From NCBI GenBank assembly GCA_044507735.1, contig JBIQJB010000007.1, positions 18,873-82,872 of the forward strand: a stretch of 64,000 bases of DNA, written 5' to 3'. Under the pieces are notes generated by a model that saw only the letters and a list, made by a program, of their open reading frames with translations, searched no databases and was not told the DNA's origin. Positions 20,917 through 30,978 of this stretch are shown piece by piece. This stretch comes from Nitrosopumilales archaeon. GTDB taxonomy: Archaea > Thermoproteota > Nitrososphaeria > Nitrososphaerales > Nitrososphaeraceae. A program made the translations under genes and the position numbers. Numbering within the stretch: position 1 is the stretch's first letter; each line of letters opens with the position of its first letter.

Positions 20917-22101
20917 ATGGACTTTAGGGTAATCCTGGCGACAAGGCTCCTGTTAAAGAGAAGGGGCAACTTCATTGCGTCCATAACCGCGCTGGTAATT
21001 GGCATCATGGTAATCCTCTTTAATTCTCTGATATTCAACGGGGTTGCCTTGGGGATACTCCGAGACCTTGGCGACTACAGGTTTGGCAACGTGCTGGTGA
21101 CAAAGAACGAAGGTAACTTTCACAACGAAGCCACACAGATCATTAGGTACGCGCAGACCTTCCCGTATGTCGACGGGGCCGCGCCCCGGCTCCAATCGAT
21201 AGCGTGGATGAATTCAACTGAAGGCAATACTAGGAATGAAGCTGACAAGGTGCCGGTTGTAGGGGTGGACCCGATGAGGGACCCGACGGCTTCGCGGCTC
21301 TTTGAGACCGTGACGGAGGGCTCGTTTGTGGATTCCAGGGGTGAAATCGTACTTGGAAGAAATGTAGCCGACGATCTAAAGGCCAAGGTCGGAACAAGGC
21401 TGGACCTCCGGATGGTCACGGCAGGCGGCGAGGACGCCACGAGGCGGCTCATAGTTGTCGGGATTTCAAGCTCACCTGGCGGCCTCGCCTTTGACGACTC
21501 TGCGATAATGACAATCGAAGATGTCAGGGAGATAACCGGAAGGCGGGGCGAGACTGACCAGATACTCATCAAGCTGGCGGACGCGTCGTTTCAAGAGGAT
21601 CTGAAGGCCAGGCTGGGCGAGGCCTATCGCGAGGAGAACCTGAAGGTTCAGACACTTGAAGAGGCTGGGGAAGAGACCCTCTCCGGCATCCGGTCCGGGA
21701 TCGCTTTCATAAACCTTGTAGGATACTTTGGGCTGCTCTCTGCCTCCTTTGCGATCGTAACGATAATGATGCTCATGGTGTCAAGCAAGACTCGCGACAT
21801 CGGCATCATAAAGTCTCTTGGCGGCAAGAGCACAGACATCCTTTTGATATTTGTCTTGCAGGGGTTGATTATCGGTTCCATCGCAGCTGCAAGCGGATTC
21901 GTTGTGGGTTCGTTCGTAGGCATCTACTTTCAATCGGTTGAATTTTCATTTGGGCCGGGACTTGTCCTTGAAGTAGTCTATGACCCCCTGTTCACCCTGA
22001 CGTCGTCTCTTTCTGCCATACCACTTGGAACGGCTGCAGCGGTCTACCCGGCATACCGGGCTTCCAAGCTGGAGCCAATCGGAGCCATCGGGCGTGCCTG
22101 A
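20917..22101 (+). CDS. Second MacB/LolE-type ABC permease
   Basis: RDIGIIKSLG, VYPAYRASKLEP; shares IRSGIAFINLVGYFG with the first permease. Confidence 0.9.
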   Translation: MDFRVILATRLLLKRRGNFIASITALVIGIMVILFNSLIFNGVALGILRDLGDYRFGNVLVTKNEGNFHNEATQIIRYAQTFPYVDGAAPRLQSIAWMNSTEGNTRNEADKVPVVGVDPMRDPTASRLFETVTEGSFVDSRGEIVLGRNVADDLKAKVGTRLDLRMVTAGGEDATRRLIVVGISSSPGGLAFDDSAIMTIEDVREITGRRGETDQILIKLADASFQEDLKARLGEAYREENLKVQTLEEAGEETLSGIRSGIAFINLVGYFGLLSASFAIVTIMMLMVSSKTRDIGIIKSLGGKSTDILLIFVLQGLIIGSIAAASGFVVGSFVGIYFQSVEFSFGPGLVLEVVYDPLFTLTSSLSAIPLGTAAAVYPAYRASKLEPIGAIGRA

Positions 22102-22324
22102 AACAACAGGCTCAGCCCCCTGACCTCGGCAATACCATGGATCATTCTTGTTTTCACGCTCAAAATATAGCAGCAGAACATTGCAGAATCTTGGGCACTG
22201 CAAAGTACTAGGATGGTCACACTAGATGGCATCATCAATTTCTCACGAGTGTACAGCTCTTTTTTGAAGCGTGAGTCTGGGGGATTTTTTCCCCTCGCAG
22301 CCTCTGCAGTGGAAGCGCACACAG

Positions 22325-23647
22325 CTACCTGTTTGTCAGGCTGATATACTCGTACGCCTTGACAGCGTTGTCAAACGCGTACTGCACTTTCTGGAACTGC
22401 TTTCTAAACTCTGCAACATCCTTGGCCACGATTGACGGATCCTGCTTGTCCACAACTACCCGCTTGATGAAGGTGGCGATCTCTTTCATCTCGCTCTCCT
22501 TCATGCCAAGGCGTGTAGTCTCCGGCACCCCGATCCTGACACCGCTTGGGTGCATATAGTGCCTGCCTGCCTTGATGTCGCCTGGCAGAAGCTGCCTGTT
22601 CAATATGATGCCTGCCTTTTCCAGGTCCTTTTCAATTGTACCGCCATCTCCAAACTTCATGACATCGACGGCTATCTGGTGAGATGCTGTATAGCCGCGC
22701 TTTTCCCCCAAAACTCCAAATCCATATCCTGCCAGAGCTTCTGCTAATGCTTTTGCGTTCTTGATCACCTGCTTGGCATACTGCTTGCCAAATTCAAGCG
22801 ATTCTGCAAGTGCAATTGCCTTTCCTGCTACATGATGCAGGTGGTGGCTACTTGTGTTTCCCGGAAATATGCCCTTCTTGATGGCTTCAGCGTGCTTTTC
22901 TAGAGATACAATAATTCCGCCCTGCGGACCCCAGAGTGTCTTGTGCGAGCTCATGGTCATCGAGTCAACACCTTCTCCCAGTGGGTCTTGGAATTCTCCA
23001 CCCGCTATCAGGCCGGCGACATGCGCTCCATCATAGTTGATATACATGCCGTGGTCATGCATAAAGCCGGCAAGCTCTTTTACTGGGTGTGGAAACAAGA
23101 ACAAGCTGCCGCCAAACATGGCCATCTTGGGTGCCCTGCCTTCGCGGGCCATCTCTTCAATCTTCTTCTTTGTAGCGTCAACGTCGATGGTCATCTCCTC
23201 CTTTGAAAATGGATAGTGCTCTATGTTCAGGCCGTGAACCAACCCTGCAGTGCCGGCATGCTCTTTCTTACCGTGAGAGATGTGACCGCCAGATGGTATG
23301 GAAGCGGCCATCATCCAATCGCCCGGACTCGAAAATGCTGAATATATCGCAAGGTTTGCCACGACGCCAGAAGTAGCGCGGCAGTCTGCAAACTCTGCAT
23401 GGAATACTTTGCGTGCAAGGTCGTTGCATATCATTTCAACTTGGTCAATGTAAATGCAACCAGCGTAAACGCGCTCGCCAGGCCATCCCTCTGCATAGCG
23501 GTTGCCAAAGTCGGATATCACAGCTTCCCTTACGGCCGGGCTTGGGATGTTCTCGCTTGCAATGAGCGGTATAGACCTGTTAAACCAGTCGTGATGCTCA
23601 CGCATCAGTCTCAAAACGTCATCATACGCTTTCTTGCTGTCACTCAT
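22325..23647 (-). CDS. glyA: Serine hydroxymethyltransferase
   Basis: LIASEN, RYAEG, GGHISH, DGAHVAGLIAGG, SSHKTLWGPQGG. Confidence 0.95.
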   Translation of the reverse strand: MSDSKKAYDDVLRLMREHHDWFNRSIPLIASENIPSPAVREAVISDFGNRYAEGWPGERVYAGCIYIDQVEMICNDLARKVFHAEFADCRATSGVVANLAIYSAFSSPGDWMMAASIPSGGHISHGKKEHAGTAGLVHGLNIEHYPFSKEEMTIDVDATKKKIEEMAREGRAPKMAMFGGSLFLFPHPVKELAGFMHDHGMYINYDGAHVAGLIAGGEFQDPLGEGVDSMTMSSHKTLWGPQGGIIVSLEKHAEAIKKGIFPGNTSSHHLHHVAGKAIALAESLEFGKQYAKQVIKNAKALAEALAGYGFGVLGEKRGYTASHQIAVDVMKFGDGGTIEKDLEKAGIILNRQLLPGDIKAGRHYMHPSGVRIGVPETTRLGMKESEMKEIATFIKRVVVDKQDPSIVAKDVAEFRKQFQKVQYAFDNAVKAYEYISLTNR

Positions 23648-23697
23648 ATTCGATATGTCCTCTACGACTCTTTGAGGGGAGCGCTGGTTCTTTTAAG

Positions 23698-24570
23698 TTA
23701 TCGCTTTTCCTCTTCAAACAGAAACTTGTGAAGAAGCTCGCATATTATGGCTGGCTTTTCTGCGAACGGCGCATGACCCGCATCTTCCACTATCGCTACT
23801 TCAGAGCCATCTATCGATTCTTGAAAAGTTTGAAGATATTCAAGCGGGATTAGCTCGTCGCGCTTTCCCCATATTATCAACGTTGGCGCCTTTATCTGAC
23901 CTAGTCGGTCAATGCCTATCTGCGTGTTGACGCTATTTTCGTACGCTGACTTGAAGGCATGTTTTGCACCTGTCTGGTGCATCTTGTAGATAAAGCCATC
24001 AACCAGCACTTCTGGTATTCTTACCGGATCTGCTACCATCTGCTCAAGGACTGCTCTCACATTCTTTTTATCCGGATTCATGGCAGCCTCAAGGTACTGC
24101 TTGAGCAAAGGCGTAGGGCCGTTGAGCATACCTGATGTGTCTATCAAAACCAGCCTCTCTATCAGATCAGGATGTTCTGCAGCCAGGCGCGCTGCAATGT
24201 ATCCACCAAGTGAGTGACCTACAACGCTTGCCCTTTCCATCTTGGTTGTACGGATAAACTCTGCAACAACTTGTACAAACTTTGCAATGGTATAGTCAAT
24301 TTCAGGCTTGGCGCTCAGCCCAAAGCCGGGAAGGTCCACCGCGACAGAGTGCAGACCGAGGAGAGACATTGCATCCGGTATGTCAAGCCATCGGTCCGCC
24401 GAAGAGCCAAGACCGTGGATGAATATCACATGGTGTCCTCCTCTTGTATCTTGGAGGGGGCCAGCCGCAGAACCTTCGCTACCTAGAACACCGCTGCCGC
24501 CCTCAAGATAGTGCATCTTCAAGCTGGCCACATCTACAAAGCCTTGCCTCAACACCGTATCCTCACACAT
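23698..24570 (-). CDS. Alpha/beta hydrolase
   Basis: FIHGLG, DLPGFGLS, GHSLGG, IIWG..D, AGHAPFAEKP. Confidence 0.9.
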   Translation of the reverse strand: MCEDTVLRQGFVDVASLKMHYLEGGSGVLGSEGSAAGPLQDTRGGHHVIFIHGLGSSADRWLDIPDAMSLLGLHSVAVDLPGFGLSAKPEIDYTIAKFVQVVAEFIRTTKMERASVVGHSLGGYIAARLAAEHPDLIERLVLIDTSGMLNGPTPLLKQYLEAAMNPDKKNVRAVLEQMVADPVRIPEVLVDGFIYKMHQTGAKHAFKSAYENSVNTQIGIDRLGQIKAPTLIIWGKRDELIPLEYLQTFQESIDGSEVAIVEDAGHAPFAEKPAIICELLHKFLFEEEKR

Positions 24571-24631
24571 ATTGGGCGGCAGAACTAAACAACGTTTCTA
24601 ATCTTTGTTGCATCATGCACAGACAAACTTT

Positions 24632-24817
24632 TCAGGTATGCCACAATCTCTTTTTCAGCTCTTTTAGGCGGTAATAGATGTTGCAAGAACTGCATGTCCA
24701 CACAGGATTCTTGTCTGCAATCCAGTACTGGCTATCAAAGTGCTTTTTAGCCATCATGTTGCCGCACTGAGGGCACGCAAATAACGGTGATAGGAGTGGG
24801 GCAGTGTTCTGTGGCAT
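24632..24817 (-). CDS. Small zinc-ribbon protein
   Basis: CPQC..CSSC; ATG at 24817. Confidence 0.6.
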   Translation of the reverse strand: MPQNTAPLLSPLFACPQCGNMMAKKHFDSQYWIADKNPVWTCSSCNIYYRLKELKKRLWHT

Positions 24818-25675
24818 GGTTTCTAAGTTATGAATGCAATATAATAGCAAGTATCATAGAAAAATGAAATTCTATGATAATTGCATGATTGTTGATCTGA
24901 TTGTTGTTATTGGTGGTTGGTTCGTTCAGTTCTTGGACAATGCGGGTACACGATATATGAGAGTACACTCTGTTCAACTAGCGTAAGTAACGAAATCAGA
25001 CTGCACCGGTACCTTTTGAGCCCGGTGCGCAGAGTGCTCAAACCTCTCACTTTTTGCTCGTGCATCTTTTGCCCTGTTGGATTTTTGCATATGTCTTTTT
25101 TGTCGGGCCGACAGATCTTCCGATATTTGGATAATGTGTTATACTATTACTATCAAATGCATATAGAAATTACAATGTGTCTGCTAATAGATCCAAAAAT
25201 GTACATCTAAACCTAGTATGATTGGTGATCCAATTATGATTATAACATAAAACACTAATTTTATGATAAACTCTAAATACATGCTCTACGCCATAGATGG
25301 TGGAAATGCCGGTTACTGTAAGAAGACAACAACATCCACAACAGCATGTGGGCGGTGGCAAGAACTACGATCCTGACTATTCTAGGCGAAAGTACCAACA
25401 ATATGTACAGCACAAATGCAACCACAATCGCCTAAACAAATGCCACGTCTGCAATAATTACTGCCATTGTTAAAAGAAGGTAGGAAGGAGAGAAAGGGCG
25501 GATATGTCGTTACTGAATCTCCGTCCTTCTTTTTCTCCTTCTCTTTCTGCCTGCCCGGAATTACCAAAGATTGATGGATTGATGGATGGATTCTTTGAGC
25601 AACATAAACAGCTGAGAACTCCATCTATGCAGTTTGCAGTACCCTATTCGCTGTCATTTCATTGTTCTTGTCTCC

Positions 25676-25849
25676 CTATGCTCCAGCAGATCTAAACAAT
25701 GTTTTTCTAACCTTTGGGTTATTCCTGCCATAATTTCTCGGTCCGGCTATCCAGACAGTCTCATTGCATTGCGGGCAATGTGTGAAGAACTTTGCCCTAC
25801 CCTCGTATTGGAATACTCTTTTGCAGTTCTTGCACCGCAGCTCTACCAT
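25676..25849 (-). CDS. Small zinc-ribbon protein
   Basis: MVELRCKNC..CPQC; ATG at 25849. Confidence 0.65.
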   Translation of the reverse strand: MVELRCKNCKRVFQYEGRAKFFTHCPQCNETVWIAGPRNYGRNNPKVRKTLFRSAGA

Positions 25850-25898
25850 ACCAACAACTGTGGCGTACATTGGATTTAACTCCTAAGTAGGAGCTGCG

Positions 25899-26214
25899 TT
25901 ACAATTCGAATGGAGCCTCAACAATCAAGACTGCATCCTGCACTGCCACATTGCACACCTTCTGCCCCTCGTCCTTGTTTGCCCGTATTCTGCTGTGAGA
26001 GCAGCAACACAGTTTAATCTCTATTGCATATCGGATTAATTTTGGTTCTACATTTCTTGCGGTTATGTTTCCAATTTCCATTCTCAAAACATTCTAGATG
26101 CTTGATGTCGTCTTTGTCCGACACTATTCGTTCGTCGCCGTCCTTTGGACCGCCTGACAGAATGCGCCTTATGCCTGACAATGATGGTGGAGGAGGAGGT
26201 CTAAGCTGCGACAT
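25899..26214 (-). pseudogene. Possible frameshifted small Cys/His-rich gene
   Basis: Two overlapping ORFs (26014..26214 and 25899..26087) that would join into one Cys-rich peptide. Confidence 0.25.
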
Positions 26215-26320
26215 GTTGCTAGCTGCATGATATCCTACTTAATTAGATCTGATTGCATATGTAGGGACACAAGCACGCAAGTATCAACTCACCGGGATGT
26301 TAGGCCAAGGTAGTGCTGTA

Positions 26321-26806
26321 TCAGCGGACCACCATTACTGGGCACTTGGCCCGCTCTAGAACCCCTCTTGACACACTACCAAGTAACTTTAGCTTCTTGG
26401 CAATGGTTCCATACCTTGTACTACCTATGATTATCAACTCCACCCCTTTGCTTTCCGCATATTCCAATATCTTGTCAATAGGTCTGCCCAGAACTACGTC
26501 TATCCTGATTTTTTTCAATCCTTCTTTCTGTTCGTATTCGCGTTTTTTCTCTTCAAGCATCTTGATAACTTGGTCCTTAATTGCTGAATAGACATACTGT
26601 ACGTGTTCTTCAACAGCTGTAAGTTTGGAGTCTTTTCTTGATTTGATTGCATGCTCCATCAAGGGATAGATGGGAATTTCGGTTATAACATGCAAGAGAA
26701 TGATCTCTGTATCGGGGTTTGCTCTTGCAAGTTTGGCGGCGTGCTCTAGCGCATCGTCAGCAGGATTGTAAGTATCGTACGGAACTAGGATTTTCCTATA
26801 CGCCAA
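26321..26806 (-). CDS. Universal stress protein (UspA family)
   Basis: YRKILVPYD, LLHVI, G.P...ILEYAE, LIIIGS, LLGSVSRGVLERAKCPVMVVR. Confidence 0.92.
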   Translation of the reverse strand: MAYRKILVPYDTYNPADDALEHAAKLARANPDTEIILLHVITEIPIYPLMEHAIKSRKDSKLTAVEEHVQYVYSAIKDQVIKMLEEKKREYEQKEGLKKIRIDVVLGRPIDKILEYAESKGVELIIIGSTRYGTIAKKLKLLGSVSRGVLERAKCPVMVVR

Positions 26807-27089
26807 GGTAATCTAACATGTGAGCGAGTTTATTTAAGCCGATTGCCTCAGTATACGAAAATTCAAGTCAATTACAGTCTTTTGTGGCACGGTGCAGAAT
26901 TGACGCATCTGCCAAAATGATAGGGAGGAAAATAGTGTGTGTATGCGCATACAGCAAAAGCACAATGTCACCAAACTCGCACTCCAAAATACCAGGAGTA
27001 TTAGTCCCGCACAGCTGAAAGATTGAACGAATTTCTTCCAATAGTCCACATGATATTCAATTATGCAATTTGCGGCATGCACCTGCACC

Positions 27090-27507
27090 ATGTTGATGTT
27101 GCCATCCTCTCCAATCTGCAGCGCGTCTGCCAAAGAGACCTATGCACAGGTTTTGCAGCTTGATAGGTAAATCAGATTTGCGCGGGATCGCCAGCAACTA
27201 GGGCACCTCGTCTGTGCATTGATGGCAAAAGGATGTAGAGCCTCTGTTCAATGAAGATGAGCTTCGTGACAACATAATGAAATCTGTCCTCCGGATGAAA
27301 ACGAGAGAAGATTACGAATCAAAATTGGGAAGAGTGATGTACACGTTTGCGCATTACGAGAAGGTCAAGAGGGCTACCATCCCGCTTTCAGGTCATCATC
27401 CATATCTGGCGGTTCTGGCAGTGTCCTTTGAGATAAATGCTGATCATGAAAATATCATTCTGGGCAAAATTCTGCCCACGATAGGACGACAAAAAAGCAA
27501 AGCGTAG
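27090..27507 (+). pseudogene. Disrupted DUF6659/roadblock-like gene
   Basis: AQVLQLDR*IRFA, then a +1 frameshift, then GIASN*G..H*..VEPLFNEDEL continuing into the intact C-terminal ORF 27277..27507; homologous to intact 63590..63964 (DIRYAGVID..G). Confidence 0.7.
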
Positions 27508-27568
27508 CTGCTGAGTCTCGAATTAACCCGGCAGATATAAGTGGGAGTTGGGATAATCAAAGACAGCG

Positions 27569-27901
27569 ATGGATGAAAGTACGAAGCGTTTCCTCCGCGT
27601 CCAGCTGATGTGGATGGGGATCTATTTCGGGATCGCAATCGCGATATCTCTCCTACTTCCCTTTCCATACTCCTTCATTGTGCTTATCGGGGTAATCATG
27701 GGCCTTGCCTTCTGGAGGAGGCGAAGGATGTTTCGGCAAATGGGCGGCAGGGGAGGCTATGGCGGCTCCTTCTTTGGAGGTGGCGGCATGTTTGGGCAAC
27801 GGGACGGAGGTATCAGCTATTACTGCATGAATTGCGGCACAAAACACAACCAAATCTCTTGTCCCAAGTGCGGGTCGAAGCTGAAAAAGGCTGGCTTTTA
27901 G
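27569..27901 (+). CDS. Small two-TM protein with Gly-rich linker and C-terminal zinc ribbon
   Basis: Two hydrophobic helices, GGRGGYGGSFFGGGG, CMNCG..CPKCG. Confidence 0.8.
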   Translation: MDESTKRFLRVQLMWMGIYFGIAIAISLLLPFPYSFIVLIGVIMGLAFWRRRRMFRQMGGRGGYGGSFFGGGGMFGQRDGGISYYCMNCGTKHNQISCPKCGSKLKKAGF

Positions 27902-28249
27902 CCCTTGTGAATGGTGTGAGAAACAAATTCATCACACACGTAAACAGTAGGTCAAATATCTCGATGTCGATGTCGTGATAGTTCCACAGCTTTCAGCTGT
28001 CCATTTACACACACACATGTACACAGCTAAGAAAAGCGCCGGAGACGCATCTGCAGAGGGTGAAGAATGTGGGACAGGGGCAAGCTCTAACTACCTTTCA
28101 CACTTCAAGCATTTGTTGGCCGGGTATCAGAATTGTCGGCGTGTACGTGCATACGCTTGGAAGCAGAGAGGATCTGACAGCCTGCAAACTGACAAAATTT
28201 TGATCAAATGTAACTGGCAAGTCCTTTTCTTCAGAAGACAATCATGGTA

Positions 28250-29215
28250 TCATGCTTTCCCCATAGCAAATGACTTTACAACCTCCGTCCAGGCTGCCCC
28301 AATATTGGTTCTGTTGTATCCACCGCCGCCTAGCGCAATTATCCTGCCCTGACAGTGCTTGTGCGCCAGCTGGTGTAGCACGTCCGCTGCGTGTCTGTGC
28401 GCTTTCGGCGAATAGCGCAGATCCGTTATGGGGTCACCGGCCAGTCCGTCGGCGCCACACTGGAGTATTATCAACTCAGGCCTGGCGCTGTCCACAAACT
28501 GTTCAACCTTGTCAAATGCCTCGATGAATTCAGCATCGCCAGCTTCCGGTTCAAGTGGAAGGTTCAATTTTGTACCAGCTGCATCGCCCTTGCCCGTCTC
28601 CATCGCAAAACCTGTTCCTGGAAACAAGTACCGGCCATCTTCGTGTATGTCTGCAAAGAACAATAATGGATCATCTTCAAATTCATAAAAGACTCCGTCA
28701 CCATGGTGCGCGTCAATGTCTACATACATTACACGCTTTATCCCGTACTTTTTGCGAGCAACAATTATTGCCACTCCGATGTCGTTGAACACACAAAAGC
28801 CACCAGCAGTGTCGCGCCGAGCATGGTGCAGTCCGCCAATTGGGTTGAACGCGTGATCTATTCTTGTCTCCTTGCCGTCTTTGCCGGCAACTGTCATGTC
28901 AAGTGCTGCCAAGGTTGAGCCGACAACGTATAGTGATGCTTCAAAGACTCCTTTGAATGCTGGCGTGTCTCCCTTATCTAACGGCACACCTCCATGCTTT
29001 GATGCCATTCTCACAAGATCTACGTACTCTTTGTCGTGGAATAACAATGCGTCCTGCTCGGTTCCAAGCGCAGGCTCTTCTATCACAACATTTTCGATAT
29101 ACTCGCTTTGCAGTCTTCTCCAGAAAGCATCCAGCCGGTCAGTGCCAAATGGGTGTGAACCACCAAATCCATATCTTGCGAGCGCCTCGCCATAAAAAAC
29201 GGCTGTCTGGCACAT
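28250..29215 (-). CDS. Histone deacetylase/AcuC-family deacetylase
   Basis: GGLHHA, GFCVFND, DIDAHHGDG, GADG, GGGGY. Confidence 0.93.
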   Translation of the reverse strand: MCQTAVFYGEALARYGFGGSHPFGTDRLDAFWRRLQSEYIENVVIEEPALGTEQDALLFHDKEYVDLVRMASKHGGVPLDKGDTPAFKGVFEASLYVVGSTLAALDMTVAGKDGKETRIDHAFNPIGGLHHARRDTAGGFCVFNDIGVAIIVARKKYGIKRVMYVDIDAHHGDGVFYEFEDDPLLFFADIHEDGRYLFPGTGFAMETGKGDAAGTKLNLPLEPEAGDAEFIEAFDKVEQFVDSARPELIILQCGADGLAGDPITDLRYSPKAHRHAADVLHQLAHKHCQGRIIALGGGGYNRTNIGAAWTEVVKSFAMGKA

Positions 29216-29285
29216 GACTTACAATAAGGGAGATTGCAAATAAATATTCAACACATAAACACATAATCTGGTAGGATGTTGTTGC

Positions 29286-29882
29286 ATGTTCACAGGCATA
29301 GTCGAAGGGACGGGCAAGGTTAAGTCCATATCAAAGAGCAAAAAGGGCGCCGACACGGTGATGAGAGTCGGTCTTGGCAGGCTTGCACGCGGTCTCAAGC
29401 GGGGCGATAGCGTTTGCATAAACGGCGCATGCCTGACAGTCACAAAGCTATCAAAAGGCGATGCAGAATTTGAGATGGTGGCAGAGACTATTAGACGTAC
29501 AAACCTAGGCAATGTGAAGCCTGGAGACAAGGTGAACATCGAGAGATCCATGAAAGTGGGTGACAGAATTGAGGGTCATTTTGTCTTGGGCCACGTTGAT
29601 GGAACCGGCATAATTGAGGATGTGCAAAGCCTACCATCTGAGACCAAAGTGTGGATCAAGCTCGGCGAAGGGCTGGCAAGAACCCTGGTTCCAAAAGGTT
29701 CCATTGCAGTGGATGGCGTAAGCCTCACTCTGGTTGACATCAAGGGAGATTTGGTCTCTGTATCTCTGATACCTCATACCCTTGGAGCTACGACCCTTGG
29801 ACTGAGAAAAAAGGGTGATATCGTAAACATTGAGACAGATATTCTAGGCAAGTATGTAGCAAATAACCTGCCAATAAAATAG
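29286..29882 (+). CDS. ribE: Riboflavin synthase, bacterial-type alpha chain
   Basis: MFTGIVE, INGACLTV, VNIERS, GHFVLGHVDG, KGSIAVDGVSLT, VNIETD. Confidence 0.94.
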   Translation: MFTGIVEGTGKVKSISKSKKGADTVMRVGLGRLARGLKRGDSVCINGACLTVTKLSKGDAEFEMVAETIRRTNLGNVKPGDKVNIERSMKVGDRIEGHFVLGHVDGTGIIEDVQSLPSETKVWIKLGEGLARTLVPKGSIAVDGVSLTLVDIKGDLVSVSLIPHTLGATTLGLRKKGDIVNIETDILGKYVANNLPIK

Positions 29883-30138
29883 GGCGCGAGGAGGACAGGC
29901 GCTTCCGCAGAAAACCAAGAACAAGAATTTGAATCAAAAAGTTCATCAGCGAAAGGGCAAGATTTTGCTGTAAGGCAATTCGATAAAAATACAACGGGTC
30001 ATTGAAGTATTCTTGTGCTTCGCTATCGGAAATGTCACATGCACGTTGCCGTCTGAGCAGGACCCCAGAAATTGATGAAATACGGTTGTAGATCAATTGT
30101 AGAACTGCGTATATCCTACAAGTGGGAAGATCAGATAG

Positions 30139-30363
30139 ATGACTGGGATTCTGGCATATTGCGAAGGGTGCAAACACGCATTGTATGAATCTGACATTTC
30201 TGTCAATACCTATGATTTGGCAGTGGATGATGGAACGATCTTGACCTGCCCCAATTGCGATCGGGTAAATGAAGTGTACTCCCACACAGTCACAAAAGAA
30301 CGACACAGTCCTGCAATGCGGAGCGACGATACAAGACACCACACAAGGCAGCACTACCAATAA
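30139..30363 (+). CDS. Small zinc-ribbon protein
   Basis: CEGC..CPNC. Confidence 0.55.
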   Translation: MTGILAYCEGCKHALYESDISVNTYDLAVDDGTILTCPNCDRVNEVYSHTVTKERHSPAMRSDDTRHHTRQHYQ

Positions 30364-30375
30364 AGTGACAACACT

Positions 30376-30740
30376 GTTGCAGCATTTGAAGAGGCCAAAT
30401 CAAACACACATGGAATAGGACCTGAGCAGATGTCCCCTAATTCGCTCAGACATTGCAATAGCGGAGTTAAGGTATTTGCAAACGCAAAGCGCGTTGATTA
30501 CTGCGGGCTAGGCAAAAAAACAGGACAACCACGTCAACCCCTTAGAGTGCTTGAACACAACGCTGCGCGAAAGGCTAAAGGTGTAGCACGGATAGAAAAC
30601 AGCAAAGACACTGCTAGCGGAAGGCAACTGCATATACAGTACAATTTCGTAAAGCCATATGTGGTTCTAGACGGTCAGACACCAGCTCAAGCGGCGGGAT
30701 TGAAAGTGAGAGGGGTGGAAAGAATCGTTGACGCTGGCTG
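30376..30740 (+). pseudogene. Decayed DDE (IS6-like/rve) transposase C-terminal fragment
   Basis: VAAFEEAK..NSLRHCNSG; in another frame NPLECLNTTLRERLKV*HG*K..LAEG; then QYNFVKPY..LDGQTPAQAAG. Matches the ERLNGTLRER..YNFVKPH..L.G.TPA pattern, with stops and frameshifts. Confidence 0.75.
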
Positions 30741-30978
30741 TCAAGGACGATGCGTAAAGAATTTCATGAGGATTACACTTGTTGCACCCGCAGCTATTGC
30801 GACAATGCTAAAGGGGAAAAGAATCCAAACTCCTAAACATACAGTCCATGAAAGGTAGAATAGAACTAACCCAAATGCAAAAAAGGAGATAGCAAGTACC
30901 ATAGTCTCCAATTGCGTCTTTAATTATCAAGAACTGTTAAATTCCTTTATCAATTCCATAAAAATTAGTCACATCATT

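Noticed and set aside
30430-30858. 142-aa ORF as an intact gene
   Set aside because: It is a chance frame across a frameshifted transposase relic; conserved motifs switch frames and contain stops
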